A stretch of 64,000 nucleotides of DNA from Candidatus Campbellbacteria bacterium (GTDB lineage Bacteria > Patescibacteriota > Minisyncoccia > Phycocordibacterales > CSBR16-193), in contig SKHG01000036.1 in NCBI GenBank assembly GCA_007117035.1, forward strand, positions 7,595-71,594, given 5' to 3'. Within the stretch, counting starts at the first letter, position 1. Each line of letters begins with the position of its first letter. The notes beneath the pieces were generated by a model that worked only from the letters and a program-made list of their open reading frames with translations, had not been told where the DNA came from and ran no database searches. The position numbers were made by a program, and so were the translations under genes. This document shows, one piece after another, positions 9,971 to 20,728 of this stretch.

Positions 9971-10456
9971 ATGGCAAAAAAAACAAAAATATCAATAGCT
10001 CTTTTAAGATTGGCAATGGGTTGGATATTCCTTTGGGCCTTTATTGATAAGTTGTGGGGTCTAGGATACAACACTGTAGCAGAACGGTCTTGGATTGAGG
10101 GTGTCTCTCCAACACTTGGTTTTCTTTCCAATACATCAGGTCCTTTTGCTGATTTTTTTCAACAATTAGCAGGACAAGGCTGGGTTGATTGGCTTTTTAT
10201 GTTAGGTCTTTTAGGTATCGGACTAGCTCTTATTTTAGGGATTGTTGTCCGGATCGCTTCAGTTTGTGGAATTGCTTTACTTATTATGATGTATTTAGCA
10301 TCCCTACCACTTTCACACAATCCTTTCATAGATGAACATATTTTGTATGTTTTGGTTTTATTGTTGTTAATGTTTGAGAAAAGTGGAAACTGGATTGGTT
10401 TTGGGAAGTCCTGGTCTAGAACCCGATTGGTTCAGTCAATGCCATTTTTCAAATAG
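9971..10456 (+). CDS. DoxX-family membrane protein
   Basis: LLRLAMGWIFLWAFIDKL N-terminal motif characteristic of DoxX; 4 TM. Confidence 0.6.
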   Translation: MAKKTKISIALLRLAMGWIFLWAFIDKLWGLGYNTVAERSWIEGVSPTLGFLSNTSGPFADFFQQLAGQGWVDWLFMLGLLGIGLALILGIVVRIASVCGIALLIMMYLASLPLSHNPFIDEHILYVLVLLLLMFEKSGNWIGFGKSWSRTRLVQSMPFFK

Positions 10457-10475
10457 TTAATTTTATATTACCTAG

Positions 10476-13229
10476 ATGGCTGAAAATGAAAAATTAAGAA
10501 ATGAAGAAACTCAATGGCAAACAATGTCGGCCAATGAAGTTTTGGATGTTTGGCAGTCATCATCTGAAGAGGGGTTAAGTAAGTTTGAGTCTGAGCAACG
10601 CAGGGATATTTACGGTCTAAACAAATTACCCGAGCCACCATCTGACACTCTTTTAAAGATATTCCTTACTCAGTTCAAAAGCCCGTTGATCTATCTTTTA
10701 CTTGTTGCCGCATTAATTATTTTGGCTCTTGGTGAGTATACTGACGCTGGTATTATATTTTTCCTTTTAGTTTTTAACTCAATAATTGGAACCGTTCAAG
10801 CTAACAAGGCTCAGAATACATTACTCGCTTTAAAAAATTTCTCACAGACCCAAGCTACAATACTAAGGAATGGTGAGGAGATAATCGTGTCTGATGTTGA
10901 GGTTGTGCCTGGGGATATAATTATTCTTCAGGAGGGAGAAAAGGTTCCGGCTGATGCTAGGATACTGGAAGCGAAGAATTTTTCAGTAAACGAGGCCGCT
11001 TTAACTGGAGAATCAGATTCTGTTAAAAAGCAGGTTGATATTATTGTTGGTAAAAAAATCAGTATTGGAGATAAGAGGAATATGATTTTTAAAGGAACCA
11101 ATGTAATTTCCGGAAATGCTAGAGCGGTTGTGGTTTCAACAGGACTAAATACATACATTGGAGACATCTCTATAAAGATTGGACAGATACGAAAGGAAAT
11201 ACCATTACAGAGAGATATTAAAAAACTTTCTCATATAATCATCCGGGTAGTTTTGTTTTTAGCTGTTGTGATATTCTTCTATGGAATTTTTAGTGGTGAG
11301 ACAGCACACGATATGTTTAAGTTATCTGTTGCAGTAATTGTTTCTGCAATTCCGGAGGGGTTGCCAATTGTCCTAACATTATTGTTAGCAACAGGTGTTT
11401 GGCGAATGGGTAAGAGAAATGTTTTGATTAAACAGCTTCAGGCGGTGGAAGGTTTGGGCCAAGCACAGGTTGTGGCTGTTGATAAAACTGGAACTATCAC
11501 AAAAAATGAATTAGTTGTTCAAAATATATATTCTCGTGGATCAGAGTATGAGGTAAGTGGTGTCGGTTATGAGCCAGAAGGTGATGTTAAAAAAGACGGA
11601 AACATTCTTTTAGATCCACAAAATGACCAAGCATTGATGAGAGCGATTGAGTTAGGAGTTTTTAACTCAAACGCTCGTCTTAATTACAATAAGGAAAATA
11701 AGGAGTGGCAGATTGCAGGAGACCCAACGGAGGCTGCTCTTTTAGTTTTGGCTAAAAAAATTGGTATAAGTAAGGTGGATATTATTTCTGAATTTCCGCA
11801 GTTAGATGAAATACCTTTTGATTCTAAGAATAAATACCACGCAGTTTTGCATGAAATAAAAAAAAGTAATCTACTTGTTTTACTTGGTGCTCCAGAAGTT
11901 GTGTTGAAGCGCTGTACACATTACTACGAAGGGAATGAGAAAAAGGAAATGACTTCTGATGCTATGAAGGATCTGGAAGATAAATTTTTACGTATGTCTG
12001 AGGATGGAATTCGAGTATTAGGTTTTGCTTCAAAAGAAAGTTCTATAGAAAAAATAAATGAAGATGATCTTAATGATCTAGTTTTCGAAGGTATCTTTGG
12101 AATGCGTGATGCTCTGCGTAGTGAGGTTCGTCGATCTGTTATGCAGGCTGGTCAGGCTGGGATTAAAGTGGTGATGATAACTGGGGATTTCAAAACTACA
12201 GCTGTAGCTATCGCTAAAAGAGCGGGAATTTATAGAGAAGGAGATGAAGTTATGGAAGGCTATATGCTTGATGATTTAACAGACGAAGAGTTGTCTGAAA
12301 AAATTGGTTCAGTTACTGTTTTTGCTAGATTTTCACCAGATCATAAGTTTAGAATAGTAAATGCATATAAGGCGCGAAAAGAAACTATCGCAATGACTGG
12401 CGATGGTGTAAATGATGCACTGTCTTTAGTTGCGGCCGACTTGGGTATGGCAATGGGACGAATGGGAACCGAGGTTGCTAAAGAGGCTGCAGACCTTGTG
12501 CTTTTAGACGATAACTTCTCAAGCATCATCTCTGCTATTGAAGAAGGTAGGAGTATCTATAAGGGAATTCGTAAAGTTTTACTTTTCCTTTTCTCTACCA
12601 ATCTTGGTGAGATTATGGTAATTGTGGGTGCATTATTCTTTGGCCTGCCGTTACCGATTCTAGCAGCGCAGATAATTTGGTTGAACTTCGTAACGGATGG
12701 TTTTTTGGTGGCAACTCTAGCTATGGATCCAAAAGAGAAAGGTCTTTTGAGGGGTAGATTTAAAAAACCTAGCAAATGGGTTATTGACAAATTTATGCTT
12801 CAGAGAATGTTACTAATGTCTTCGGTAATGGCTGTCGGTACACTTTTGCTTTTTGTGTACTTTAATCCAACTGAAAGTTCAGATAGCTACGCAAAGGCTA
12901 TAACAGTTGCTGTAACAGCAATGGCTTCTTTTGAGTGGTTTAGAGTATGGAGCTGTCGTTCTGATCGTCTGTCAATATTCCAGATGAGTTTTTTCAATAA
13001 CTGGTATCTGCTTGGAGCATTCTTCTTCACCATTGCACTTCATTACTTTGCGGTCAACACACCAATAATGCAGGAGATCCTAAGTTTTGTACCTCTTTCA
13101 TTCAATGAATGGATTATGATACTTTGGTTGGCGTTAACTGTTGTACTAGTTGATGAACTTTGGAAACTCGGTCGTTATGTTGTTGAAAAACGTAGAAAAA
13201 AAATGAAAAAATATGATCATTTCGTCTAG
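10476..13229 (+). CDS. P-type cation-transporting ATPase (type IIA-like, Ca2+/Mg2+ class)
   Basis: DKTGTIT phosphorylation motif, TGDFKTTA, MTGDGVNDALSL hinge, 10 TM topology, N-terminal cation-ATPase domain. Confidence 0.85.
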   Translation: MAENEKLRNEETQWQTMSANEVLDVWQSSSEEGLSKFESEQRRDIYGLNKLPEPPSDTLLKIFLTQFKSPLIYLLLVAALIILALGEYTDAGIIFFLLVFNSIIGTVQANKAQNTLLALKNFSQTQATILRNGEEIIVSDVEVVPGDIIILQEGEKVPADARILEAKNFSVNEAALTGESDSVKKQVDIIVGKKISIGDKRNMIFKGTNVISGNARAVVVSTGLNTYIGDISIKIGQIRKEIPLQRDIKKLSHIIIRVVLFLAVVIFFYGIFSGETAHDMFKLSVAVIVSAIPEGLPIVLTLLLATGVWRMGKRNVLIKQLQAVEGLGQAQVVAVDKTGTITKNELVVQNIYSRGSEYEVSGVGYEPEGDVKKDGNILLDPQNDQALMRAIELGVFNSNARLNYNKENKEWQIAGDPTEAALLVLAKKIGISKVDIISEFPQLDEIPFDSKNKYHAVLHEIKKSNLLVLLGAPEVVLKRCTHYYEGNEKKEMTSDAMKDLEDKFLRMSEDGIRVLGFASKESSIEKINEDDLNDLVFEGIFGMRDALRSEVRRSVMQAGQAGIKVVMITGDFKTTAVAIAKRAGIYREGDEVMEGYMLDDLTDEELSEKIGSVTVFARFSPDHKFRIVNAYKARKETIAMTGDGVNDALSLVAADLGMAMGRMGTEVAKEAADLVLLDDNFSSIISAIEEGRSIYKGIRKVLLFLFSTNLGEIMVIVGALFFGLPLPILAAQIIWLNFVTDGFLVATLAMDPKEKGLLRGRFKKPSKWVIDKFMLQRMLLMSSVMAVGTLLLFVYFNPTESSDSYAKAITVAVTAMASFEWFRVWSCRSDRLSIFQMSFFNNWYLLGAFFFTIALHYFAVNTPIMQEILSFVPLSFNEWIMILWLALTVVLVDELWKLGRYVVEKRRKKMKKYDHFV

Positions 13230-13294
13230 TTTTTCTCAGAAAACTCTTTTGTGATATTTCCTTGTGTGTTATAGTTATTAAATAAAAATTATTT

Positions 13295-13846
13295 ATGTAC
13301 GATTTTTCTAAACTAAAAAATAAATCTAAAGATATAAAAGAATGGCTACGAGGAGAGTACTCTGGCATTAGAACTGGTAGGGCTACTCCTGCAATTCTGG
13401 ATAAGATTAAGGTTGATGCATATGGAAATAAAATGCCGTTAAACCAAGTTGCAACAATAACTGTAGAGGACTCAAAAAGTTTAAAGATTAATACGTGGGA
13501 TGAATCATTACAAAAGGCAGTTGAAGGTGCGTTGCGTCAAAATGATATGGGCCTTTCAGTTGTGGCCGACAGTGCTGGGATCAGAGTCAAATTTCCTGAC
13601 CTTACTCACGAAAGACGTGAGACTTTGAATAAAGTTGTTCGCCAGAAAAGGGAAGAGGCTCGAGTTTCCTTACGTACTGAAAGAGAGGAGATTTGGGATG
13701 ATATTCAAAAAAAAGAAAAATCTGGTGATATATCAGAAGATGAAAAATTTCGTTTCAAAGATGAGATGCAACGATTGGTTGAGGAATTTGGTAAAGAACT
13801 AGACGATATGACCGTTAATAAAGAAAGAGAAATCTTGGAAGATTAG
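13295..13846 (+). CDS. frr: ribosome recycling factor
   Basis: IRTGRATPAILD, ATITVEDSKSLKIN and VKFPDLTHERRE align along the length of E. coli RRF. Confidence 0.9.
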   Translation: MYDFSKLKNKSKDIKEWLRGEYSGIRTGRATPAILDKIKVDAYGNKMPLNQVATITVEDSKSLKINTWDESLQKAVEGALRQNDMGLSVVADSAGIRVKFPDLTHERRETLNKVVRQKREEARVSLRTEREEIWDDIQKKEKSGDISEDEKFRFKDEMQRLVEEFGKELDDMTVNKEREILED

Positions 13847-13848
13847 TT

Positions 13849-14946
13849 ATGACTATTCTTATCTTCATAGCTGTATTGGTGGTTTTGATTTTAGTCCACG
13901 AACTAGGTCATTTTCTGGCAGCTAAATATTTTGGAATTAAGGTTGATGAGTTTGGTATCGGTTTTCCTCCAAAGATTTTAAAAATGTTTAGGTGGGGTGA
14001 AACTGATTTTACTTTAAATGCTATTCCTTTTGGTGGTTTTGTGAAAATCTTTGGTGAGAATCCTGATGAAGAATCAATTTCCGGCGAGGAGAGTCAAAGG
14101 AGTTTTGTAAATAAACCACGCTGGATACAAGCTATTGTTTTGCTCGCTGGAGTATTTTTTAATTTTCTTCTAGCTTGGCTGTTGTTCTCGGTTGGTTTTA
14201 TGATGGGTGCGCCAGCTATTGATAATCAGTTTTCAGATAAATACTTTGAACCAGAAACTGTTTTGATAATTGGAGTTATGAAAAATTCTCCAGCTGATGA
14301 CTCAGGATTGGTTTCGAGGGATCAGATAGTTCAGGTCGCTTTCGAAGATAAGATATTAATAGCTCCATCAACTACTGAATTTACTGAATTTATCGATTTA
14401 TACGTAGATCAAGAGATTAAACTGTCTGTTTTAAGAGATGGTCAGATCTCTGATTTCGTAGTTGTGCCTACACAAGGGATATTCGGTGATAGTGTTGGTA
14501 TTGGAATAGAATTTAGGACTACAGGTTCAGTAACTTTTCCTTTTTTTGTAGCAGTTTCAGAAGGTTTTATTTTCTCGGTTGAGTTAACTAAAATGATTGT
14601 TGTAGCCTTTGCCGATTTTATTTCACAGATAGTTCAAAGGGAAGCTAATATGGAACAAATTGCTGGGCCTGTTGGAATTGTCTCTATGGTTGGAGAGGCT
14701 GCTGATCTTGGAATAGTTCATTTACTTTGGTTCACTGCTATTATCTCACTACACCTGACTATCATTAATCTTTTGCCATTTCCAGCTCTGGATGGTGGAA
14801 GGTTACTTTTTGTGGCTATTGAGTCTATGATTCGCCGACCGATAAACCCAAAAATTACGAATGCTTTAAATGCTATCGGTTTCATACTCCTAATTCTTTT
14901 GATGATTTTAGTAACAATTAATGATATTGGAAATATAATTAGCTAG
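13849..14946 (+). CDS. rseP: RIP site-2 zinc metalloprotease RseP
   Basis: HELGHF HExxH in first TM; central PDZ-like region; C-terminal LDGG motif. Confidence 0.8.
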   Translation: MTILIFIAVLVVLILVHELGHFLAAKYFGIKVDEFGIGFPPKILKMFRWGETDFTLNAIPFGGFVKIFGENPDEESISGEESQRSFVNKPRWIQAIVLLAGVFFNFLLAWLLFSVGFMMGAPAIDNQFSDKYFEPETVLIIGVMKNSPADDSGLVSRDQIVQVAFEDKILIAPSTTEFTEFIDLYVDQEIKLSVLRDGQISDFVVVPTQGIFGDSVGIGIEFRTTGSVTFPFFVAVSEGFIFSVELTKMIVVAFADFISQIVQREANMEQIAGPVGIVSMVGEAADLGIVHLLWFTAIISLHLTIINLLPFPALDGGRLLFVAIESMIRRPINPKITNALNAIGFILLILLMILVTINDIGNIIS

Positions 14947-15042
14947 AGGTATATACCAAAGCTGATTTGTATTCTTTTACTATCCTAAAGCTAGATTTTG
15001 CGTAAGTTGGACTCAAGGTCTTTTTTTGTGTAATATAGAGCC

Positions 15043-16305
15043 ATGAAACAGAGTATGCTTTTCACTAAAACTAAGTTTGAGGCTCCGAAAGATGAAGTCT
15101 CAAAAAACGCTCAATTATTGATTCGCGCAGGTTTTGTCCATAAAGAGATGGCTGGTGTTTATGTATACTTACCACTAGGTTTGAGGGTTTTAAAAAACCT
15201 TACAGAGTTGATTCGAAAAGAGATGAACGATTTAGGGGGTCAGGAAATTCTTTTAAGTTCCTTGCAAAACAGGGTGTCTTGGGAAAAGACTGGTCGTTGG
15301 AGTGATCAAGTGGTTGATAATTGGTTTAAAACCAAACTAAAGAATGGTTCTGAGGTTGGTTTGGCTACTACTCATGAAGAACCGTTAACCGAACTTCTTT
15401 TAGATCATATAAATTCATACAGAGATCTTCCTGTGTATATTTATCAGTTCCAGAATAAATTTAGAAATGAGGAACGAGCTAAGAGTGGAATACTGAGAGG
15501 TAGAGAATTTTTAATGAAAGATCTTTATTCTTTTTCTGAATCTGAAGCTGAACATAATAAATTTTATGAAAAAGCGATAGATGTATACCATAATATTTTT
15601 AGTAAGGTTGGTATTGGAGACAGAACCTATCTAACTTTCTCAGATGGTGGAAGTTTTTCTGATTTCTCGCACGAATTTCAGATGATCACAGATGCAGGAG
15701 AAGATACAATATATATTGATAAAGAAAAGAAAATCGCTGTTAACGAAGAGGTTTTGAATGACGATGTTTTGAGTTCATTGGATCTTAGTAGAGAGAATCT
15801 TGTAGAGGAGAAAGCAGTTGAAGTTGGTAATATATTTACCTTGGGTAATAAATTCTCCTCAACTCTCGGACTTTCTTTTTCGGCAAAGACTGGTGAAAAG
15901 AATGATGTTTTTATGGGCTGTTATGGAATTGGTATCAGTAGATTGATGGGTTCGATTGTGGAAGCTCTTTCAGATGAAAAAGGTTTAGTTTGGCCCATGT
16001 CTATTGCACCTTTCTCGGTTCATATTTTACAAGTTGGATTAAACGAAAGCGTCTCTCAAACTTCTACTGATATCTATAACACTCTAGTTCAAGAAGGTGT
16101 TGATGTTTTACTAGATGACAGACAGATAAATGCTGGAGAGAAGTTTGCGGACTCTGATCTAATTGGTGTTCCTGTTCAGATGATAATCAGTGAAAAGAAT
16201 ATCTCGTCTGGTGAAGTTGAGTTAAAGGAGAGGGCAACTGGTAAGGTTGTGATGGTTGATGAAGCGCAGGTTCTGGACACAGTTTTAAGGATGATTAAAG
16301 AATAA
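15043..16305 (+). CDS. proS: prolyl-tRNA synthetase, compact form without editing domain
   Basis: N-terminus LFTKTKFEAPKDEVSKNAQLLIRAGFV matches ProRS; class II motifs; 420 aa. Confidence 0.75.
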   Translation: MKQSMLFTKTKFEAPKDEVSKNAQLLIRAGFVHKEMAGVYVYLPLGLRVLKNLTELIRKEMNDLGGQEILLSSLQNRVSWEKTGRWSDQVVDNWFKTKLKNGSEVGLATTHEEPLTELLLDHINSYRDLPVYIYQFQNKFRNEERAKSGILRGREFLMKDLYSFSESEAEHNKFYEKAIDVYHNIFSKVGIGDRTYLTFSDGGSFSDFSHEFQMITDAGEDTIYIDKEKKIAVNEEVLNDDVLSSLDLSRENLVEEKAVEVGNIFTLGNKFSSTLGLSFSAKTGEKNDVFMGCYGIGISRLMGSIVEALSDEKGLVWPMSIAPFSVHILQVGLNESVSQTSTDIYNTLVQEGVDVLLDDRQINAGEKFADSDLIGVPVQMIISEKNISSGEVELKERATGKVVMVDEAQVLDTVLRMIKE

Positions 16306-16307
16306 GC

Positions 16308-17360
16308 ATGATAAAAAGACTTTCAAAATGGCTTTCTTGTGATATTGGAGTGGACTTAGGAACTGCTAATACTTTAGTTTATGTGGAAAACCGAGGAATA
16401 GTAGTGAATGAACCCTCAGTTGTTGCGGTTAATCTAAAAACTGATCGAGTTGTTGCTGTGGGCGCACAAGCTAAGCAGATGCTGGGTAGAACCCCATCGC
16501 ATATTAAAGCGGTCCGACCTTTAGTTGATGGAGTTATTTCTGATTATGAAATAACAGAAGAAATGATGCGGTACCTTTTAAGTAAGGCTCTAAGTGGGAA
16601 AAAGACAATTTTTGGACCTAGGGTTTTGGTTGGAGTACCGTCGGGTATAACCAATGTTGAAATTAGAGCGGTTCGTGATGCTACTCGAAGTGCTGGTGCA
16701 AGAGAGGTTCATATTGTAGAGGAACCTATGGCAACAGCTATTGGTATAAGATTGCCAGTTAAGGATCCGGTTGGAAACATGGTGATTGATTTAGGTGGTG
16801 GAACTTCCGATATTGCAGTTATTTCATTAGGTGGAGTGGTTCAATCAAAAAATCTAAGAGTAGCTGGAGATCAACTCAATCAGGATATCATTAACTATGT
16901 TAGGAGTGAGTTTAAAATTTTAATTGGTGAAAAAACAGCTGAGAGTGTGAAGATAGCCATAGGCTCTTTGATTCCGGCTGAAGAACCATTGGAAGCTGTA
17001 ATCAAGGGTCGGGATTTAGTAACTGGATTGCCAAGAGAGGTGATAATAACAGATGCTGATATTCGTGAAGCGATTGCTCAATCAATTGACAGTATAATAG
17101 AATCAACAAAAGAAGTGGTGGAAATTACTCCTCCTGAAATTCTTTCAGATATAATGCAAAGAGGAATTTATTTATCCGGTGGTGGCGCGCTTATTAAGGG
17201 TCTACCTGAAATTTTACAGGAACATATTATGATACCAGTTCAGGTAGCTGATGATCCTTTGTCAGCAGTTGTTCGTGGAACTGGAATAATTTTAGAAAAT
17301 TTAGAAAAATATCGAGAAGTTTTAATTGAGAACGAAGATGAGTTACCTTCCAAGAAGTAA
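16308..17360 (+). CDS. mreB: rod shape-determining protein MreB
   Basis: DIGVDLGTANTLVYV, actin-fold phosphate and adenosine motifs. Confidence 0.9.
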   Translation: MIKRLSKWLSCDIGVDLGTANTLVYVENRGIVVNEPSVVAVNLKTDRVVAVGAQAKQMLGRTPSHIKAVRPLVDGVISDYEITEEMMRYLLSKALSGKKTIFGPRVLVGVPSGITNVEIRAVRDATRSAGAREVHIVEEPMATAIGIRLPVKDPVGNMVIDLGGGTSDIAVISLGGVVQSKNLRVAGDQLNQDIINYVRSEFKILIGEKTAESVKIAIGSLIPAEEPLEAVIKGRDLVTGLPREVIITDADIREAIAQSIDSIIESTKEVVEITPPEILSDIMQRGIYLSGGGALIKGLPEILQEHIMIPVQVADDPLSAVVRGTGIILENLEKYREVLIENEDELPSKK

Positions 17361-18156
17361 AAAAAGATCGCCATTAAAATTAGTGATTATTTGGTCAATT
17401 TTTATATTGACAGTTCTTTTTATTTTGTTTCGTCTAGTACTTCCTTCTGTTGATTCATACTTGGTCCATAAAATTGCTTCACCGATTTGGTCTATTGAGC
17501 AGTCTATTAACTCAAAAGTTTCTGATTTTATTGGTTATTTTTCATCGAAGGCTTCACTTCGAGAACAAAACCAAAAATTAACGCAAGAAATTGTTAGGGC
17601 TAGAATTGATCTCCTAACTTCTAATATTTTAGAGTATGAAATATCTGAGTTAAAGGAAATTTTTGAACGCCAGCAAGAGGAAGATATACCTGTGGCTATA
17701 GTTAGTCGATGGGGTGGAAGATCATCAAGTCAGATTGTTATAGACATTGGATCAAAACATTCATTATCAAAAGGTGATTTAGTTTTTTCAAGTGAAAGAG
17801 TTGCTATTGGAGAGTTGTCTAATGTTTTCACTCGTTCAGCTACAGTGAGGCTTTTTTCTGAATCAGGTCGTGAGGTTGAAGGTTTTTTGATCCCAGCGGA
17901 ATTTTCCGTTACTTTACATGGTCGAGGTTTTGGTGGCTTCTTTTTTGAGATGTCGCGTGAGGACATTGTTGATATAGGAGATCTTGTTCTTTTACCTGCT
18001 TTTTCAAGTACTGTCTTAGCTGAGGTTGTTGAAATTGATACTCCAGAAGGTAGCGCTGTTCACAAGGTTTTTGCTCGTCTGCCTGTTGATCTTTCTAGGA
18101 CAAGCTATTTGTTTGTTCGTCCAGGTTCCAGTCTAGAAGTGATTGAAGAAAACTAA
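17326..18156 (+). CDS. mreC: rod shape-determining protein MreC (probable start 17338)
   Basis: N-terminal TM, coiled-coil segment, beta-rich C-terminal domain; position after mreB. Confidence 0.65.
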   Translation: MRTKMSYLPRSKKRSPLKLVIIWSIFILTVLFILFRLVLPSVDSYLVHKIASPIWSIEQSINSKVSDFIGYFSSKASLREQNQKLTQEIVRARIDLLTSNILEYEISELKEIFERQQEEDIPVAIVSRWGGRSSSQIVIDIGSKHSLSKGDLVFSSERVAIGELSNVFTRSATVRLFSESGREVEGFLIPAEFSVTLHGRGFGGFFFEMSREDIVDIGDLVLLPAFSSTVLAEVVEIDTPEGSAVHKVFARLPVDLSRTSYLFVRPGSSLEVIEEN

Positions 18157-18164
18157 AACTCAAT

Positions 18165-18443
18165 ATGAACAAAGTAGACACTAAGATTATTTTCATTCGC
18201 ATTGTTACGATTTTATTGATTTTACTTTCAGTATTAATTTTGCCTTGGTACATAACAATTATGTTTTCAATTCTAGCAGCTTTTTATTTTGAAAGATTTT
18301 ATGAGTTTATACTGATTGCGTTCTTTTTGAATTCCTTGTATGTTGGTTCGGGATTTAGTTGGGATGGTTATTTGTTTATTATACTTGCAACATTTATTTT
18401 TATTTTTATAGAGTGGATAAAGACAAAATTGGTTTTTTATTAA
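18165..18443 (+). CDS. small polytopic membrane protein, possibly a minimal MreD
   Basis: 92 aa, 3 TM, positioned between mreC and the PBP2 gene. Confidence 0.3.
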   Translation: MNKVDTKIIFIRIVTILLILLSVLILPWYITIMFSILAAFYFERFYEFILIAFFLNSLYVGSGFSWDGYLFIILATFIFIFIEWIKTKLVFY

Positions 18444-18502
18444 ACCCAAACCATATATTTATATTACTGGATACTGACTAATAAATACTATATACTGGCC
18501 GT

Positions 18503-20194
18503 ATGTGGTCACTATTTAAAAGAAAAAGACGCTCTGTAGATATCTACCCAGATGAGGTTCTGGCTGATACTCAACAGATATATCCTGAGGATATTTCTGG
18601 TGGAGAAAGCAGGATAAACATACCACTCTCCTCTGTTTCGGTTTTAGTGTTGGCTGGTATATTCCTACTAATAGGCCTGCTTTTGTTATCTAAAATTTGG
18701 TTTGTACAGATTGTTCAGGGTGAGGATTATTTGCTTAAAAGTGAAAGAAATCGTTTAACTTTCCAACCAATATTTGCCGAGCGTGGGGTGATATATGACA
18801 GACTTGGTGAGATGTTGGCTTGGAATGGTTTTAACTCCGATGACGATAGTTTTTTTGTGCGTAGGTATACAGATACTTTAGGTGTCGCTCATGCGGTTGG
18901 TTACACTAACCCACCACTAAAAGATTCTTCTGGTTTTTATTATCAAGATTATTATAAAGGTGTTGATGGAGTAGAGAAGTACTTTGATGAATATTTATCA
19001 GGAACTAATGGTTTAGTTTTTCGCGAACGTGATGCACTCGGCCAAATTCTTTCAGAGAATATTTTTGAAGAATCTTCTTCTGGAAAAGCACTGCATCTTT
19101 CAATAGACTCTAGACTTCAAGAGGAACTATACTTAATAATTAAAAGTCTTGCAGATGATGTTGGTTTTAAGGCGGGTAGTGGTGTTTTGATGGATGTGAA
19201 AACTGGTGAACTAATCACGATGGTTAACTATCCAGAGTATGATCTTAGTGTTATGGCATCAAGAGATTCCAAGTCGATCGATCAGATGATTCTAGAATTA
19301 AACATGCCCTTTCTTAATCGAGCAATTTCAGGGCAGTATACTCCTGGTTCAGTTGTTAAACCGTTTGTGGCTATAGGAGCACTCGAGGAAAATGTTATTG
19401 ATCCAAAAAAGTACCTAACCAGTACTAAAACAATCACAATTCCAAATCCATACAATCCATCCCAACCTTCTGTTTTTAGAGACTGGAGAGTTCATGAGCA
19501 AGTTGATATGGTTCGAGCCTTGGCAGTCTCTTCCAATGTCTATTTTTATAAAATTGGGGGTGGTTTTGGTGCTCAGGAAGGAATTGGTATTAATAAGATA
19601 AAAGAATATATGGAGTTGTTTGGTTTTGAAAGTGAGACCGGTATCAATTTAAACGAGGAAAAGTCTGGAGTAGTTCCAGATCCTACTTGGAAGGAGAAAA
19701 TCTTTAATGATGTTTGGCGAGTTGGAGATACATATAATACTGCTATTGGTCAGTTTGGTTTTCAGGCCACTCCACTTCAGGTTACGAGAGCTGTTTCTGC
19801 TTTGGCAAACGGTGGTTATTTAGTAACTCCAACCATATTAAAACAAGACAATAATACTGATAATTTTGTTGGAAATTCAATAGGTGTCTCGTCTGAAAAT
19901 ATTAAGGTAGTTAACGATGGTATGCGTAGTGCGGTTGTTGATGGTACTGCAGGAGGTCTAAACCTTCATTATCTACCAGTCTCAGCTAAAACAGGAACTG
20001 CGCAGACAGGAGCAACTAAAAGAGTCCACTCGTGGATTACTGGTTTTTATCCTTCTGATGATCCAAAATATGCCTTTACTATTTTAATGGAGGATGGATC
20101 TGAAGATAATCTTATAGGAGGTGTTTTTGTTATGAGACAGTTTTTGGACTGGATGCATAAAAATACTCCAGAATATGTATTATTTGAAGATTGA
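18503..20194 (+). CDS. mrdA: penicillin-binding protein 2 (peptidoglycan D,D-transpeptidase)
   Basis: SVVKP (SxxK), SSN and KTGTA transpeptidase motifs; N-terminal TM; follows mreBCD. Confidence 0.8.
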   Translation: MWSLFKRKRRSVDIYPDEVLADTQQIYPEDISGGESRINIPLSSVSVLVLAGIFLLIGLLLLSKIWFVQIVQGEDYLLKSERNRLTFQPIFAERGVIYDRLGEMLAWNGFNSDDDSFFVRRYTDTLGVAHAVGYTNPPLKDSSGFYYQDYYKGVDGVEKYFDEYLSGTNGLVFRERDALGQILSENIFEESSSGKALHLSIDSRLQEELYLIIKSLADDVGFKAGSGVLMDVKTGELITMVNYPEYDLSVMASRDSKSIDQMILELNMPFLNRAISGQYTPGSVVKPFVAIGALEENVIDPKKYLTSTKTITIPNPYNPSQPSVFRDWRVHEQVDMVRALAVSSNVYFYKIGGGFGAQEGIGINKIKEYMELFGFESETGINLNEEKSGVVPDPTWKEKIFNDVWRVGDTYNTAIGQFGFQATPLQVTRAVSALANGGYLVTPTILKQDNNTDNFVGNSIGVSSENIKVVNDGMRSAVVDGTAGGLNLHYLPVSAKTGTAQTGATKRVHSWITGFYPSDDPKYAFTILMEDGSEDNLIGGVFVMRQFLDWMHKNTPEYVLFED

Positions 20195-20252
20195 TTCATT
20201 TGCGATTTTATCGTACAATTGAACTTATTGTCAGTTTAAATTTATATAATAT

Positions 20253-20720
20253 ATGAGCGATGAAAAGGAGTACTTAACACAGGTTAAATACGATGAATTT
20301 GAAAAGGAATTACTTAATCTAAGAAAAGAAAAAAGAAAAGAAATTGCTGAAAAACTCGAGTACGCAAAATCATTGGGAGATCTTTCTGAAAATGCTGAAT
20401 ATCAGGAAGCGCGAGAGGAACAAGCTCATGTTGAGAGTCGAATCGCTTATTTAAAATCACTTCTGCAGTCAGCAGAGATCGTATCTACTAAAAAGACCGA
20501 CACATCAACTGTTGGTTCAAAAGTTACAGTTGTTAGGGGTGGATCAAGTACATCTGAAGTTTTTAGTCTTGTTGGTTCAGAGGAGATTGATACTGATGCT
20601 GGTAAAGTTTCTGTAAACTCACCGATTGGTAGAGGTTTGTTAGGTAGGAAGAAGGGAGATGAGGTTACTGTGCAAACTCCAAAAGGAGATATTGTTTTTG
20701 CTGTAAAAGAAATCAATTAA
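20253..20720 (+). CDS. greA: transcription elongation factor GreA
   Basis: N-terminal coiled coil with DLSENAEY acidic finger; FKBP-like C-terminal domain. Confidence 0.85.
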   Translation: MSDEKEYLTQVKYDEFEKELLNLRKEKRKEIAEKLEYAKSLGDLSENAEYQEAREEQAHVESRIAYLKSLLQSAEIVSTKKTDTSTVGSKVTVVRGGSSTSEVFSLVGSEEIDTDAGKVSVNSPIGRGLLGRKKGDEVTVQTPKGDIVFAVKEIN

Positions 20721-20728
20721 ATATTCAT

